Positions 18,372 through 27,549 of a stretch of 64,000 bases of DNA are shown here, in pieces. This stretch comes from Candidatus Poribacteria bacterium (GTDB lineage Bacteria > Poribacteria > WGA-4E > PCPOR2b). Under the pieces are notes generated by a model. It saw nothing but the letters and a program-made list of their open reading frames with translations. It searched no databases and was not told where the DNA came from. The position numbers and the translations under genes were made by a program. The stretch covers positions 3,712,001 through 3,776,000 of the forward strand of contig OZ220744.1 of NCBI GenBank assembly GCA_965116925.1, written 5' to 3'. Each line of letters begins with the position of its first letter. Positions within the stretch are counted from its first letter, which is position 1.

Positions 18372-19774
18372 CAAAAATCACTTTAGGGGTAAAACCCAAG
18401 CATTTATGCTTGGGATACACCTATGCTTTAGCGTTATTTTTTTGTGTATTTTGTAGGTAAAACATGATATAATTATGGTGGCTTTCGTGGGAAGGTCTCA
18501 CACCACCGCACGGTGGTGCTTCCCACAGCCTTTGAGACAGGATATGAAAGCCAGAAAGCTAATTCCATGAAAACCTACAAGTTCAAACTGTATTCCAATC
18601 ACGGCAATCGTGATCTGCATAAGACAATAGAAGGACACGCTTCAGTCTGGAATCACTGCGTCGCACTCCAGCGTCGTTACTACGGCATCTATGGTAAATA
18701 TATCAGCAAGTTTAGACTGATCAATCATATCTCTAAACTCAAGCGGTTGGCTCGATTTGCCCATTGGAATCAGTTACCAAGCCAAGCGATACAGGACGTG
18801 GCGGCACGTCTTGATAAAGGCTACAAAGCGATGTTTGAAGCGCGTGCCGCTGGCAGGCGATGGGGTCGTCCCCGTTTCAAACCACGTCAGAAATATAAAT
18901 CTTTCACATTACTTCAAGCCGGCTGGGAACTTCTGCCGGGCAACTACATCAGAATCGGTAAACGAATCTACCGATACTTCAAATCCCGCGAGATACTTGG
19001 CACTCCAAAACGCTGCACTATCAAGCGGGACGCCGTCGGTGATGTCTATATCTGTGTCCTGACAGACTATGAAGAACCTGACCTGAACCGAGCCATGACG
19101 GGTAAAATCGCAGGCTTCGATTTCGGTCTGAAACGGTATCTCACCGGTCATAACGGGCACGATATAGAATCACCACAGTTTTTCAAGCGGAGCATTAACG
19201 CCATCAAACGTGCGAGCCGTAAGCACAGCACCAAGCGCAAAGGTTCAAAGAACCGAGAACGTGCACGACTGAACCTCGCCCGTAAACACCGCACCATCGA
19301 CCACCAGCGCAGCGACTTCCATTGGAAACTCGCACACCACCTGACCGATGCATATGACGAAATACGACTTGAAGACTTGAATCTACAGGGCATGAAAGCG
19401 CTCTGGGGTCGCAAGGTCAGCGATCTCGGCTTTGCTGATTTCGTTCTGAAGCTGGTGTATATCGCTTCTAAAAAAGGTGTTAAAATCACGTTCATCTATC
19501 GGTGGTATCCTTCGAGTCGAACCTGTTCCGCTTGTGGTGCGGTCAATGATGCGTTGAACCTCCGTGATAGGACGTGGCAGTGTCCGAACTGCCACACGCA
19601 GTTGGATAGAGATCGCAATGCTGCGGTCAATATCTATCGGGTTGGGGCATCAACCCATGCAGGAGAGGACGTAAGTCCCGGTTCGCCGGGCAATCCTTGT
19701 TGATAGCACAATTCGATTCCTATCGGAAAGGGACTCCTAAGAATCCCAATCCTTTAGGTTTGGGAGTATGTCAA
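18372..19774 (+). mobile_element. Non-autonomous IS200/IS605-family (IS1341-like) element, tnpB only
   Basis: Target TTAT| at 18368-18371; left end caaaaatc...AAAA + hairpin cccaagcatttatgcttggg; right end GAAT + hairpin cccaatcctttaggtttggg...TCAA; same guide/cleavage-site layout as IS608; no tnpA. Confidence 0.88.
18567..19703 (+). CDS. tnpB: RNA-guided endonuclease TnpB
   Basis: MKTYKFKLY HTH; RuvC D (GFDFG), E (LEDL), D (DRDRNAA); Zn finger CSACG..CPNC. Confidence 0.93.
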   Translation: MKTYKFKLYSNHGNRDLHKTIEGHASVWNHCVALQRRYYGIYGKYISKFRLINHISKLKRLARFAHWNQLPSQAIQDVAARLDKGYKAMFEARAAGRRWGRPRFKPRQKYKSFTLLQAGWELLPGNYIRIGKRIYRYFKSREILGTPKRCTIKRDAVGDVYICVLTDYEEPDLNRAMTGKIAGFDFGLKRYLTGHNGHDIESPQFFKRSINAIKRASRKHSTKRKGSKNRERARLNLARKHRTIDHQRSDFHWKLAHHLTDAYDEIRLEDLNLQGMKALWGRKVSDLGFADFVLKLVYIASKKGVKITFIYRWYPSSRTCSACGAVNDALNLRDRTWQCPNCHTQLDRDRNAAVNIYRVGASTHAGEDVSPGSPGNPC

Positions 19775-20427
19775 TGCTTCTCTAACCTCACACCGGTGAT
19801 GTTTTCTAATGCAGAAAGTTCTTGGACAAAACCGGTCCAACGTTTCGGGTCTTTCAATTTTACATGAAATTTCAACTCAGCGGTCTCCGATTTTGTTGTT
19901 CTCTGACCGATGAGTTGGCTGGATACCACCTGCTCACTAAAAATCGGTTTATAACTCTGCTCCTGCTCGGTCTCAAGTGGCATTTGGAAAGTTAGCAGAA
20001 ATTCACCGTCGTTGGCTGGAGCCATATGCCAGCGGTGAAGTCCGATAATGACGATGCTTATCAGGAAGGTTCCAATGACGGCCACCGGTGGATTACCGGC
20101 ACCGATTGCCATGCCAACAGCTAAGGAGAAAAAGACAAAGGCAATATCCCGCGCATCCTGAACCACGGTGCGAAAGCGGATGATTGACAGGGCACCTACG
20201 AGACTGAAGGCACGCGCCACACTATCGCCAATCACCACCATAACGACGGCAATGAGCATACAGAGAATGATTAGTGCATCGGTCATTGCATTTTCTGCTA
20301 TATCGGCGGTCCACCGGTAAACAGTAGCAACGACCAGACCGAGTCCAAATGCGAGTATCAGGTTGAGAACAATGGTCCCTAGCGTTGCGAGGGAGTATGG
20401 CGCAAAAATTTCTCGGATTATGTCCAT
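19771..20427 (-). CDS. DUF4956 family membrane protein
   Basis: ARAFSLVGALSIIRFRT..DARDIAFVF..AVGMAIG motif; C-terminal soluble domain. Confidence 0.85.
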   Translation of the reverse strand: MDIIREIFAPYSLATLGTIVLNLILAFGLGLVVATVYRWTADIAENAMTDALIILCMLIAVVMVVIGDSVARAFSLVGALSIIRFRTVVQDARDIAFVFFSLAVGMAIGAGNPPVAVIGTFLISIVIIGLHRWHMAPANDGEFLLTFQMPLETEQEQSYKPIFSEQVVSSQLIGQRTTKSETAELKFHVKLKDPKRWTGFVQELSALENITGVRLEKH

Positions 20428-20520
20428 CAGTTGGTCTATTTCCTAACGAATTCCTCTGTTTTCCATTTGAACATTTTGTGCCCTTTGGATACCCGTTTGA
20501 GCGGGCTCGGATTTGATTCA

Positions 20521-20577
20521 TTAGGCAGATAGACCTCGCATTAGTTCGGAAAAAATGGGCGTAGTCGAAAAAATCTC
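20521..20577 (-). promoter_or_regulatory. 57-bp upstream motif, ECF-promoter-like, copy 1
   Basis: Minus strand gagattttttcg..ccattttttccgaac-N17-gcctaa; second copy at 25513-25569. Confidence 0.5.
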
Positions 20578-20622
20578 GTTAGATTTCTATCTGTCTCTAT
20601 GACTGCGCTGATATTGTGGCAG

Positions 20623-23600
20623 CTACCGCATTGATACCTGTGTATCGCCAATCTTCCTGCGTAGCACGACACCCCACTGCCCAACAACCCATAGTGTATC
20701 TCCTTCCTTCGCACGGACAATCCGGTACAAATTATTCCCGATATCGGTATGCTCTTGTTCCCATGTGTCCCCGCCATCCGTTGAATGGAGAATTGTACCT
20801 TTGCTGCCGACAGCGTAGATTTCATCTTTAGACAGTGCAGTAACACTGTAGAGGTCTGCTGTAACGCCGCTAGATAGGGGCTCCCACTTAAATCCACCGC
20901 CGGTGGTTCGGAGTATGATACCGTAGGCTCCAACCGCCCAACCCTTACGCTTGGTAATGAATGAGACATCATACAGGCTGTAGCCCGTATTGGTTTCATG
21001 GAATTTCCAGTAGCCGCCGCCATTGATGGTACGTTGAACAATGCCGTCGTCGCCCACCGCCCAGCCAAGCGGTGCGTGCTTCATATCGATCCCGTAAAGG
21101 TTTTTCCCGGTTGATGTCCGTTGGGGCGTCCAGATGGGGCCTCCGTCCTGATTGTGGATAATCTGTCCGTCGCTACCGGCTGCCCAACCTTCGGAGAATT
21201 GTTTAAACATAACCTCGTTGATTGAGAAAGACCGCGGTGGATCATCTTCAAAGAAACCAGGACGCATCGGCGTCTCGCCAGCCGACCAGTTTTCACCGTC
21301 GGTCGTGTAGAGGACCGTGCCATCACGCCGCATCGCCCACCCCCATTTCGGATCGAGACTAGGGAAGTGGACACCAATCAATCGTTGCCGGGATCTACTA
21401 TTCAAGGTCGTCCATGTACCTCCACCATCCTGTGTTTCCAGCAACAGACCATTATCCCCAGCGATCCAGCCCTGGTGATCGTTGAGAAACAGGACATCCC
21501 GAAAATCATCCAGTTGTTCGCCGAGTTGTCGTTCCCATGTCTTTCCACCGTTTGTCGTGTGGAAGATATGCCCAGCCTCACCGACTGCCCACGCAATCTG
21601 GTCGTCAACGAAATGGATATTGTTAATTAAACGGTTCCCGCGTCTCCTGTTTCGTTGCGGTTGCGGACGGTCTTGTTGGGCAGCCCTTCGCTGTCTTTGT
21701 ACTTCGTTGGAAGGTTGCACGTTTTCACCACCGAGGTCGCCTTCTGGTGTAAAACGTCCGGTGCGTTGCCGTCTATCGCTCATCTCTGTTTGGAACTGTT
21801 CCGCGAAAGTCTCATCCAACGGATTGTCGATGTCATCGGGTTGTTCGCCGGTGCTGTCGTCTGATTCCCCTCCCTCCTCCAGCCAGAGTGCGAGCCAATC
21901 GATATCCTCTCCATCTGCGTCTGCGATCCCAGCGTTGACAGAACTTTCATGCTGTGGAACGTTTGTCCCTTTCCACGTTTGACCGCCGTTGCGTGTGATG
22001 AAGAGCCTGCCATCCCCTCCAAGTACCCACGCTGTTTGGTGGTTTTGGAAGGTGATTCGACCAATTCGCCGGGGTGGCCAGCCGCTATCTGAATCAGAAA
22101 GGACGCGCTTCCAAGTGATGCCGCCGTCATGGGTTGCGATCGATGCACCATTCGTCAGCACAACCCACCCTGATTTTGAGTCGGCAAAATGGACGGCGAT
22201 AGCGGGCTGGTTGGTGTTGTCAAGGACCTTCCAATAGTTGCCCCCATCGGTGGTATGCAGAATGACTCCGCCCTCCCTCGCTCCGCCATCAAGACGTTCT
22301 CGCAGGACTGCCCATCCTTCGAGACCGTTGATGAAATGAAGATCAACAATCGGGTTCTCATTCATTCCGGTCCGCTGGCGGTTCCACGTCAGCCCGCCAT
22401 CGGTAGTGTGCAGCATCTCTGCAGCACCGACGCCTAGCCAGCCCTCTTTGGGACTGATAAACTGCATCGTGTTGACACGGCGGAAGTTTTGCAGAACACC
22501 CTTCACAACCTGCCATGTTTTCCCGCTATCTTCGGTCCGGAGCAGCATACGACTGCCTGTGATCCATCCATGCGATTTATCAACAAACATAACCTGATGC
22601 AGATCAGCATCAACGCTGCTATGTTGTGGTAGCCAAGTTGCACCGCCATCAGTCGTGTGAGCGATAACGCCGCCCCTGCCCACCGTCCAGCCGGTGTGCT
22701 CGTCAAGGAAGTAGGTATCTAAAAAGTCGGTCTGCCATGTCGCGCGACGGATAATATCCCAATGGTAGGTTACCTCCTCGACCGTTACCTCCTCTTCAGG
22801 GATTTCGGGCTCTTCAACAATCTCCATTACAGGTGGCAAAGCTACAGGGAGCTGCTCTGTGTCAATCGAATACCGCATCGCTATCCCGCCGCGTCCCACT
22901 GCGACCATTCCCTCTGGTGAGAATGAGAATCCCAAGAGATCGTTCTCCGTGCCGCTTTCCTGTTTCTCCCATTTTGCGCCGCCGTTGGTCGTAGTCAGAA
23001 TCACTCCCTTGTCGCCAACGATGATCCCGTACGACGTGTCAGCGAGGTAGACCTTGTTCAGATTCTCCTCAACACGGCTCGGTTGAAACCGCCATGTTTG
23101 ACCCCCATCTTTTGTATGCAGAATTTCACCGAACTGACCGACGATCCAACCGTTGTTGCTGTCTGTAAAGTGAACCCCATACAGTTCGTTAAAGGTTCCG
23201 GAGGTCTGCGATGTCCACGATAATCCACCGTTAGTTGTATGGTAGACGACCCCGGGCCAACCGACCACCCAACCCTCTTTTTCATTTAGGAAGAAGGCAC
23301 CTTTGAGCGAGTGAAATTCGGTTGGCGTCTGGGGCACCCACGATTTGCCCCCATCAGCGGTATGTATGACTGTGCCGAGTTCACCGACCGCCCAACCCTT
23401 TTTCGATGTCACAAAGTAGATGCCGTTGAGCATGTGCTCCGCCCCGGCGTATTGACGGTCCCAGGTCCGTCCACCGTCGGTGGTATGGGCAATCATGTTC
23501 CGCTCGCCAATCAACCAGCCTTCTTTGTCAGAGATAAAAAAGACGTTGCGGATATTATCCCAGATATCAGTATCAACCTCCTCCCACGTTTCCCCACCGT

Positions 23601-24693
23601 CTTCGGATACCACGATAGCCCCGCGTTGTCCGACAGCAATTGCACGGTTCTCCGAGGTGAACTGGATGTTTTCTAGATCGTTTGCTGTGGTGCCGCTCCT
23701 CATTGTCCATGTGCTCCCGCCATCTGTCGATTGCATGATTGTACCATGCCAACCGACCGCCCACGCTTCGGTTCCGCTTGTGAACTGAACAGCCATTAGG
23801 TTGTTTTCTGTGATACTGTCTAACAGCCGCCAGTTATCGCCGCCATCTTCGGTGAATGTGATAAATCCGATATCGGCGACCGCCAAACCACGCTTGTTGT
23901 CTATGAAGTGGATGCCGTTGACGGTTTCCTTGACGTGACCGTTGATATTCGGAATGCGGCTATCTTGCATGTTCCACTGGGTCCCGCCGTTCTGTGTATG
24001 GAAAATTGAGCCATCGGTGCCCGCGAGCCAGCCTTCATCATCATCTACGAAAATGACACGCCTATTGTCGTTGACCAGTCGGGTTCGTGCAAATTGGTGG
24101 CGGGTGCTCTGCTCTTGCCACGTCTTTCCGCCATCATTCGTATGAAGGATACGTTCATATTCGCCAACTGCCCAGCCGCGCTGATCATCAACAAACCAGA
24201 TCTCGTTGAGGGGAAAGTCGCTTGCATAACTTTGGCGTTCCCAAGTCTTTCCACCGTTCTTTGTAACGATTACATAGTTATCTTCCCCAACCACCCAGCC
24301 TTCGTGGGAATCAGCAAAGAAGACATCTCTGAGCATGCCGGAGGTATTGCTGTCTTGGAGATACCAATGTCTGCCACCATCATCGGTCGAAGCGACGACA
24401 CCGTTGTCTCCCGCAACCCAGCCGTATTTTAGGTTCGTAAAGTAGACCGCTTTGAGATCTTCTGTTGTCCCAACTTCTTGGCGATTCCACGTTTTGCCAC
24501 CATTATTCGTGTGAACAATGAACCCCTTTTCTCCGACAATCCAACCGTATTGGGAGTTGGCGAAGTGGAGGTCTGTGAAATGGGTTTCCCAATCGGCTTT
24601 GCGGGTGGCTTCTTGCGTACAACCGATAAGTAGCATAGCGACCCCAAAAACAGTTGTCACGACTTGATAGATGTGTTGAAAGATTTGTTTCAT
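20623..24693 (-). CDS. Giant YCF48/BNR (Asp-box) multi-propeller lipoprotein
   Basis: Lipobox LLIGC; about 26 T.[DN]GG..W repeats with GW.VG..G blades; alternative start 24714. Confidence 0.88.
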   Translation of the reverse strand: MKQIFQHIYQVVTTVFGVAMLLIGCTQEATRKADWETHFTDLHFANSQYGWIVGEKGFIVHTNNGGKTWNRQEVGTTEDLKAVYFTNLKYGWVAGDNGVVASTDDGGRHWYLQDSNTSGMLRDVFFADSHEGWVVGEDNYVIVTKNGGKTWERQSYASDFPLNEIWFVDDQRGWAVGEYERILHTNDGGKTWQEQSTRHQFARTRLVNDNRRVIFVDDDEGWLAGTDGSIFHTQNGGTQWNMQDSRIPNINGHVKETVNGIHFIDNKRGLAVADIGFITFTEDGGDNWRLLDSITENNLMAVQFTSGTEAWAVGWHGTIMQSTDGGSTWTMRSGTTANDLENIQFTSENRAIAVGQRGAIVVSEDGGETWEEVDTDIWDNIRNVFFISDKEGWLIGERNMIAHTTDGGRTWDRQYAGAEHMLNGIYFVTSKKGWAVGELGTVIHTADGGKSWVPQTPTEFHSLKGAFFLNEKEGWVVGWPGVVYHTTNGGLSWTSQTSGTFNELYGVHFTDSNNGWIVGQFGEILHTKDGGQTWRFQPSRVEENLNKVYLADTSYGIIVGDKGVILTTTNGGAKWEKQESGTENDLLGFSFSPEGMVAVGRGGIAMRYSIDTEQLPVALPPVMEIVEEPEIPEEEVTVEEVTYHWDIIRRATWQTDFLDTYFLDEHTGWTVGRGGVIAHTTDGGATWLPQHSSVDADLHQVMFVDKSHGWITGSRMLLRTEDSGKTWQVVKGVLQNFRRVNTMQFISPKEGWLGVGAAEMLHTTDGGLTWNRQRTGMNENPIVDLHFINGLEGWAVLRERLDGGAREGGVILHTTDGGNYWKVLDNTNQPAIAVHFADSKSGWVVLTNGASIATHDGGITWKRVLSDSDSGWPPRRIGRITFQNHQTAWVLGGDGRLFITRNGGQTWKGTNVPQHESSVNAGIADADGEDIDWLALWLEEGGESDDSTGEQPDDIDNPLDETFAEQFQTEMSDRRQRTGRFTPEGDLGGENVQPSNEVQRQRRAAQQDRPQPQRNRRRGNRLINNIHFVDDQIAWAVGEAGHIFHTTNGGKTWERQLGEQLDDFRDVLFLNDHQGWIAGDNGLLLETQDGGGTWTTLNSRSRQRLIGVHFPSLDPKWGWAMRRDGTVLYTTDGENWSAGETPMRPGFFEDDPPRSFSINEVMFKQFSEGWAAGSDGQIIHNQDGGPIWTPQRTSTGKNLYGIDMKHAPLGWAVGDDGIVQRTINGGGYWKFHETNTGYSLYDVSFITKRKGWAVGAYGIILRTTGGGFKWEPLSSGVTADLYSVTALSKDEIYAVGSKGTILHSTDGGDTWEQEHTDIGNNLYRIVRAKEGDTLWVVGQWGVVLRRKIGDTQVSMR

Positions 24694-24743
24694 CAATGTC
24701 CTCCCGGTGGGCATTTTGAGGGTATCATATCGCGTGTAAAATT

Positions 24744-24964
24744 ATAGTGAACTCAAAAAATAAATAGACACTTTCGCCCCTCACCTGGTAGGTGCGGTTT
24801 TATGAAAATTAAAAAAACAGTTCGGTAATTTGCTAGCGACACCGGCGCGGTTGAAAACCGCGCCTACCGTATGTTTCAAGGAAAATAGGGATTACCGATT
24901 TAAATACTTAAACTTCATTCAACCGCACTGGTTTGGCGTGTTTCATTAATTCTAAGGTCCACTA
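24744..24964. mobile_element. MITE family C (tatagtg...cactat ends, IS630-like) with a nested element
   Basis: Left end tatagtgaactcaaaaaataaatagaca, right end ttaattctaaggtccactat; related ends near 39741, 40013-40052 and 43675-43697. Confidence 0.6.
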
Positions 24965-24969
24965 TGGAT

Positions 24970-25422
24970 TTACTCCATTGACGTTCCCAAGATTTGATAC
25001 AGTTCAAATTGAGGTGCGCCGGCTTCCACCTTCATTCCCTCACCATATTCTTTTAAGGCGGTGGGTGTTGCTGTAATGAGTTTGGCAAATACCGTTTCAT
25101 CCGTCAGTTCAGCCATCATTACAAAATCAGGTTGATCGGTGTTCGGGGGTGCTCCCGGTCCTGGAAGTTGCATCCGCTTGAGCGCGGTAATCTTCAAACC
25201 CTCAATCCCTTTTGCCGCTGATAGCAACTTCTCCTTTAGAAGTTGCTCAGCGACCTCCGCATCTCCGGTGGGGGTCAGGTGCAATTTGGCGAAAACCAAG
25301 ATAGTGTATTTGGGAGCGTCTTCCTGCTGCGCTTTAGCTATCAATGATATACCTATTCCCAGCATACAGATAAGAATAAGTCCAACACATACGTTTTTGA
25401 AACTGATTCGGTTCATCATCAT
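24970..25422 (-). CDS. Secreted hypothetical protein
   Basis: Signal peptide ending AKA-QQ; 150 aa; SD gagg. Confidence 0.7.
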   Translation of the reverse strand: MMMNRISFKNVCVGLILICMLGIGISLIAKAQQEDAPKYTILVFAKLHLTPTGDAEVAEQLLKEKLLSAAKGIEGLKITALKRMQLPGPGAPPNTDQPDFVMMAELTDETVFAKLITATPTALKEYGEGMKVEAGAPQFELYQILGTSME

Positions 25423-25512
25423 TTACCTCATTTTAGAAATTGGGTTCTGAATCTGGGGTTCGTGTCCCGTTGAATAGACGTTGTAGATCAGCAATTATAC
25501 CATGTACTGTAT

Positions 25513-25569
25513 TTAGGACGGTAAATCCAGTTTTTGTTCGGCAAAAAATGGACTGGAGCGAAAAATCTC
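25513..25569 (-). promoter_or_regulatory. 57-bp upstream motif, ECF-promoter-like, copy 2
   Basis: Minus strand gagatttttcg..ccattttttgccgaac-N17-tcctaa. Confidence 0.5.
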
Positions 25570-25610
25570 ATCCCGTTTGGAAAGACACCATGAAGTTTCG
25601 CAGGTAGGGC

Positions 25611-25638
25611 ATTATACCACAAAAACAGGAATCGTCAA
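25611..25638 (-). promoter_or_regulatory. Sigma70-like promoter
   Basis: Minus strand TTGACG-16-TATAAT with extended -10 TG. Confidence 0.55.
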
Positions 25639-25685
25639 AGTCCCCCAGATCTGTGCACAAGTGATTGCATGCCTGCGAAATATTT

Positions 25686-25722
25686 GAAAAAAAAAGCAGC
25701 CAAGCGAATGGCTTGGCTGCTT
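25686..25722 (-). terminator. Intrinsic terminator of the DUF4159 gene
   Basis: Hairpin aagcagccaagc/gcttggctgctt followed by a T-run on the minus strand. Confidence 0.8.
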
Positions 25723-25761
25723 ATGTAACATAATGTGAAGGTTTGTCCAAATCAGTAGGCT

Positions 25762-27240
25762 TTATTCAACGGCACCAATTTTCGCAGCTTCAGGCGCACT
25801 GGTCGGCAGTCTCTTCTTTGCCATTGTATCTTCTGGCACATAACCGGAGTAGTCAGAAATCGAGCCGTGTGTCAGTGCGTAAACTGCAACATTGGTCATG
25901 AAACGATAAACACCTGGTGAATAGTGGACACTACGGGTTGGCAAACTCACCGACTCCATCGCACACATATAATCACGACGGAATACTAACACGGAAACAT
26001 GGTCGCCAACCATAACCCCTTCGAGATAGTTCCGTTTCGGCGGGTGAGTTCCCCACCACCACAGGTCGAATCCAACCGGTGGTCCACCCATCTCATAGAA
26101 GTTGCTGTACATCTCATGGTCATTCGGAATTCGTGTTACCTGATATTCAGGCATAACAAAGCGCATCTGAGCGAGGAACAGACGAATCATTGCCTGCGCT
26201 GGTGCGTTCACACCACAGTCGTCAAAAGCAAGGACGCCGCCTCTTTCGACAAGATACCGACGGAGTGAGGCTGCTTCAGTTTCAGACAGACGGTTGTCCA
26301 ATTTACCGCCACCGTACTGACGACTCATCAGGTTCTTGGAACGGGTAAGTGCTGGGTCATGACCCGTCATGAAAAGCATAGGTGCTTTATGTAGGTTCGC
26401 ATCGGTAAACTTGAGCGCGCCACCCTCGACGTTCATGTCGGTTTTAATCTTCGTCCGTTCGTTCATCCACTTCGTCCACGCGTTCAGCGAGGAGGCATCA
26501 GCCCACCAGTCAGAGAGACTGTGACGGACACGGGTGAAGCGGAACACGCCACGAATATCGGCACCACGACCAATGACACGACCACCGGGTTCGCCACGGG
26601 GCAGTGGAGGCACTTCTACGTTACCCAAAGTAATGTTCTCAACAACATCACCCAAGGCATCGCGAGTTGCACCAACATGTTCAACCATAGCGAGTCCAGC
26701 CGGACGTTCAAAAGCGACCTTCACCTGTACGACACCGCCGATACCACGACCAATGTTAGCGGGTGCGGCACTTGGCGCCGTTGCGACGGGTGCGGAAAAC
26801 GCTAGTGCGCCGGGAGCGTCAGAAACGGGCAAGTCGGCATGTGTCACAACTTGCGGCACTGGTGCGTTGGCACTGACCACTTTGGGGACGTTCGGGTTGA
26901 TAGGGGCATCCAATTTTACTACTTTATTGGAAAATTCCAAAACAGTTTGTGGTTGTACGGAGGTCGGACGCACGACCGCTGCTGTTGTCACTCTGGGTTT
27001 GACCTGAACATTTTCGACAACCACTGTATTTGTGGTTGGAACGGTCGGTTTGACCACCGGCTTGATGACCGGTTTACGAACTTGCGGTTTGGGGGGCTCT
27101 TTCGCCTGTAGCACCTCAGCACCGACTAAGTCTTTAAACTGCTGGGTCTGGGTAACGAGATAGATACCTGCGATAACAAAGGCGACTCCGTGAACAATCA
27201 ACGAGGTCATCAAAGCCCCTGAAGTCTTCTTGGCACTCAT
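25762..27240 (-). CDS. Membrane-anchored DUF4159 domain protein with Pro/Val-rich linker
   Basis: N-terminal TM (SLIVH); P/V/T-rich stalk; C-terminal PMLFMTGH, LRRYLVERGGVLAFDDC, IPNDHEMY..FY motifs. Confidence 0.75.
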   Translation of the reverse strand: MSAKKTSGALMTSLIVHGVAFVIAGIYLVTQTQQFKDLVGAEVLQAKEPPKPQVRKPVIKPVVKPTVPTTNTVVVENVQVKPRVTTAAVVRPTSVQPQTVLEFSNKVVKLDAPINPNVPKVVSANAPVPQVVTHADLPVSDAPGALAFSAPVATAPSAAPANIGRGIGGVVQVKVAFERPAGLAMVEHVGATRDALGDVVENITLGNVEVPPLPRGEPGGRVIGRGADIRGVFRFTRVRHSLSDWWADASSLNAWTKWMNERTKIKTDMNVEGGALKFTDANLHKAPMLFMTGHDPALTRSKNLMSRQYGGGKLDNRLSETEAASLRRYLVERGGVLAFDDCGVNAPAQAMIRLFLAQMRFVMPEYQVTRIPNDHEMYSNFYEMGGPPVGFDLWWWGTHPPKRNYLEGVMVGDHVSVLVFRRDYMCAMESVSLPTRSVHYSPGVYRFMTNVAVYALTHGSISDYSGYVPEDTMAKKRLPTSAPEAAKIGAVE

Positions 27241-27335
27241 ATTTTTCCTCCAAAAATTTTGTTTGTGTATAAAGATTTAAGCAAACCCTCACATCATGTA
27301 CGATGTAAAAGTAAACTGTAATGTATCGGCATAAC

Positions 27336-27351
27336 AGCAATTAGTGTGCCA
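27336..27351 (-). promoter_or_regulatory. Sigma-54 (-24/-12) promoter
   Basis: Minus strand TGGCAC-actaa-TTGCT, consensus match, about 95 bp upstream of the DUF4159 ATG. Confidence 0.8.
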
Positions 27352-27425
27352 TGTCCTATAAGTTCAAGGATATCCACAGAAACAGGGATTTCTGTCGCGG
27401 ATTAATTGACTTTAAGGCACTAAAA

Positions 27426-27474
27426 TGCACCAAATGGTGTAGAACGGACTTTTGAAATTGCACCAAATGGTGCA
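27426..27474. promoter_or_regulatory. Paired NtrC-like enhancer sites
   Basis: tgcaccaaatggtgta (27426-27441) and tgcaccaaatggtgca (27459-27474), 33 bp apart. Confidence 0.7.
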
Positions 27475-27549
27475 GTTTTTTCGTCAATCCTACAGATATG
27501 AAGGATTCTGCCCACACACTATCGGTTGAGTAGAGTTGGGAAAAAGGGA

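Noticed and set aside
20541..24647. Many short antisense and alternate-frame ORFs, here and across the window
   Set aside because: They overlap well-supported genes and show no recognisable motifs.
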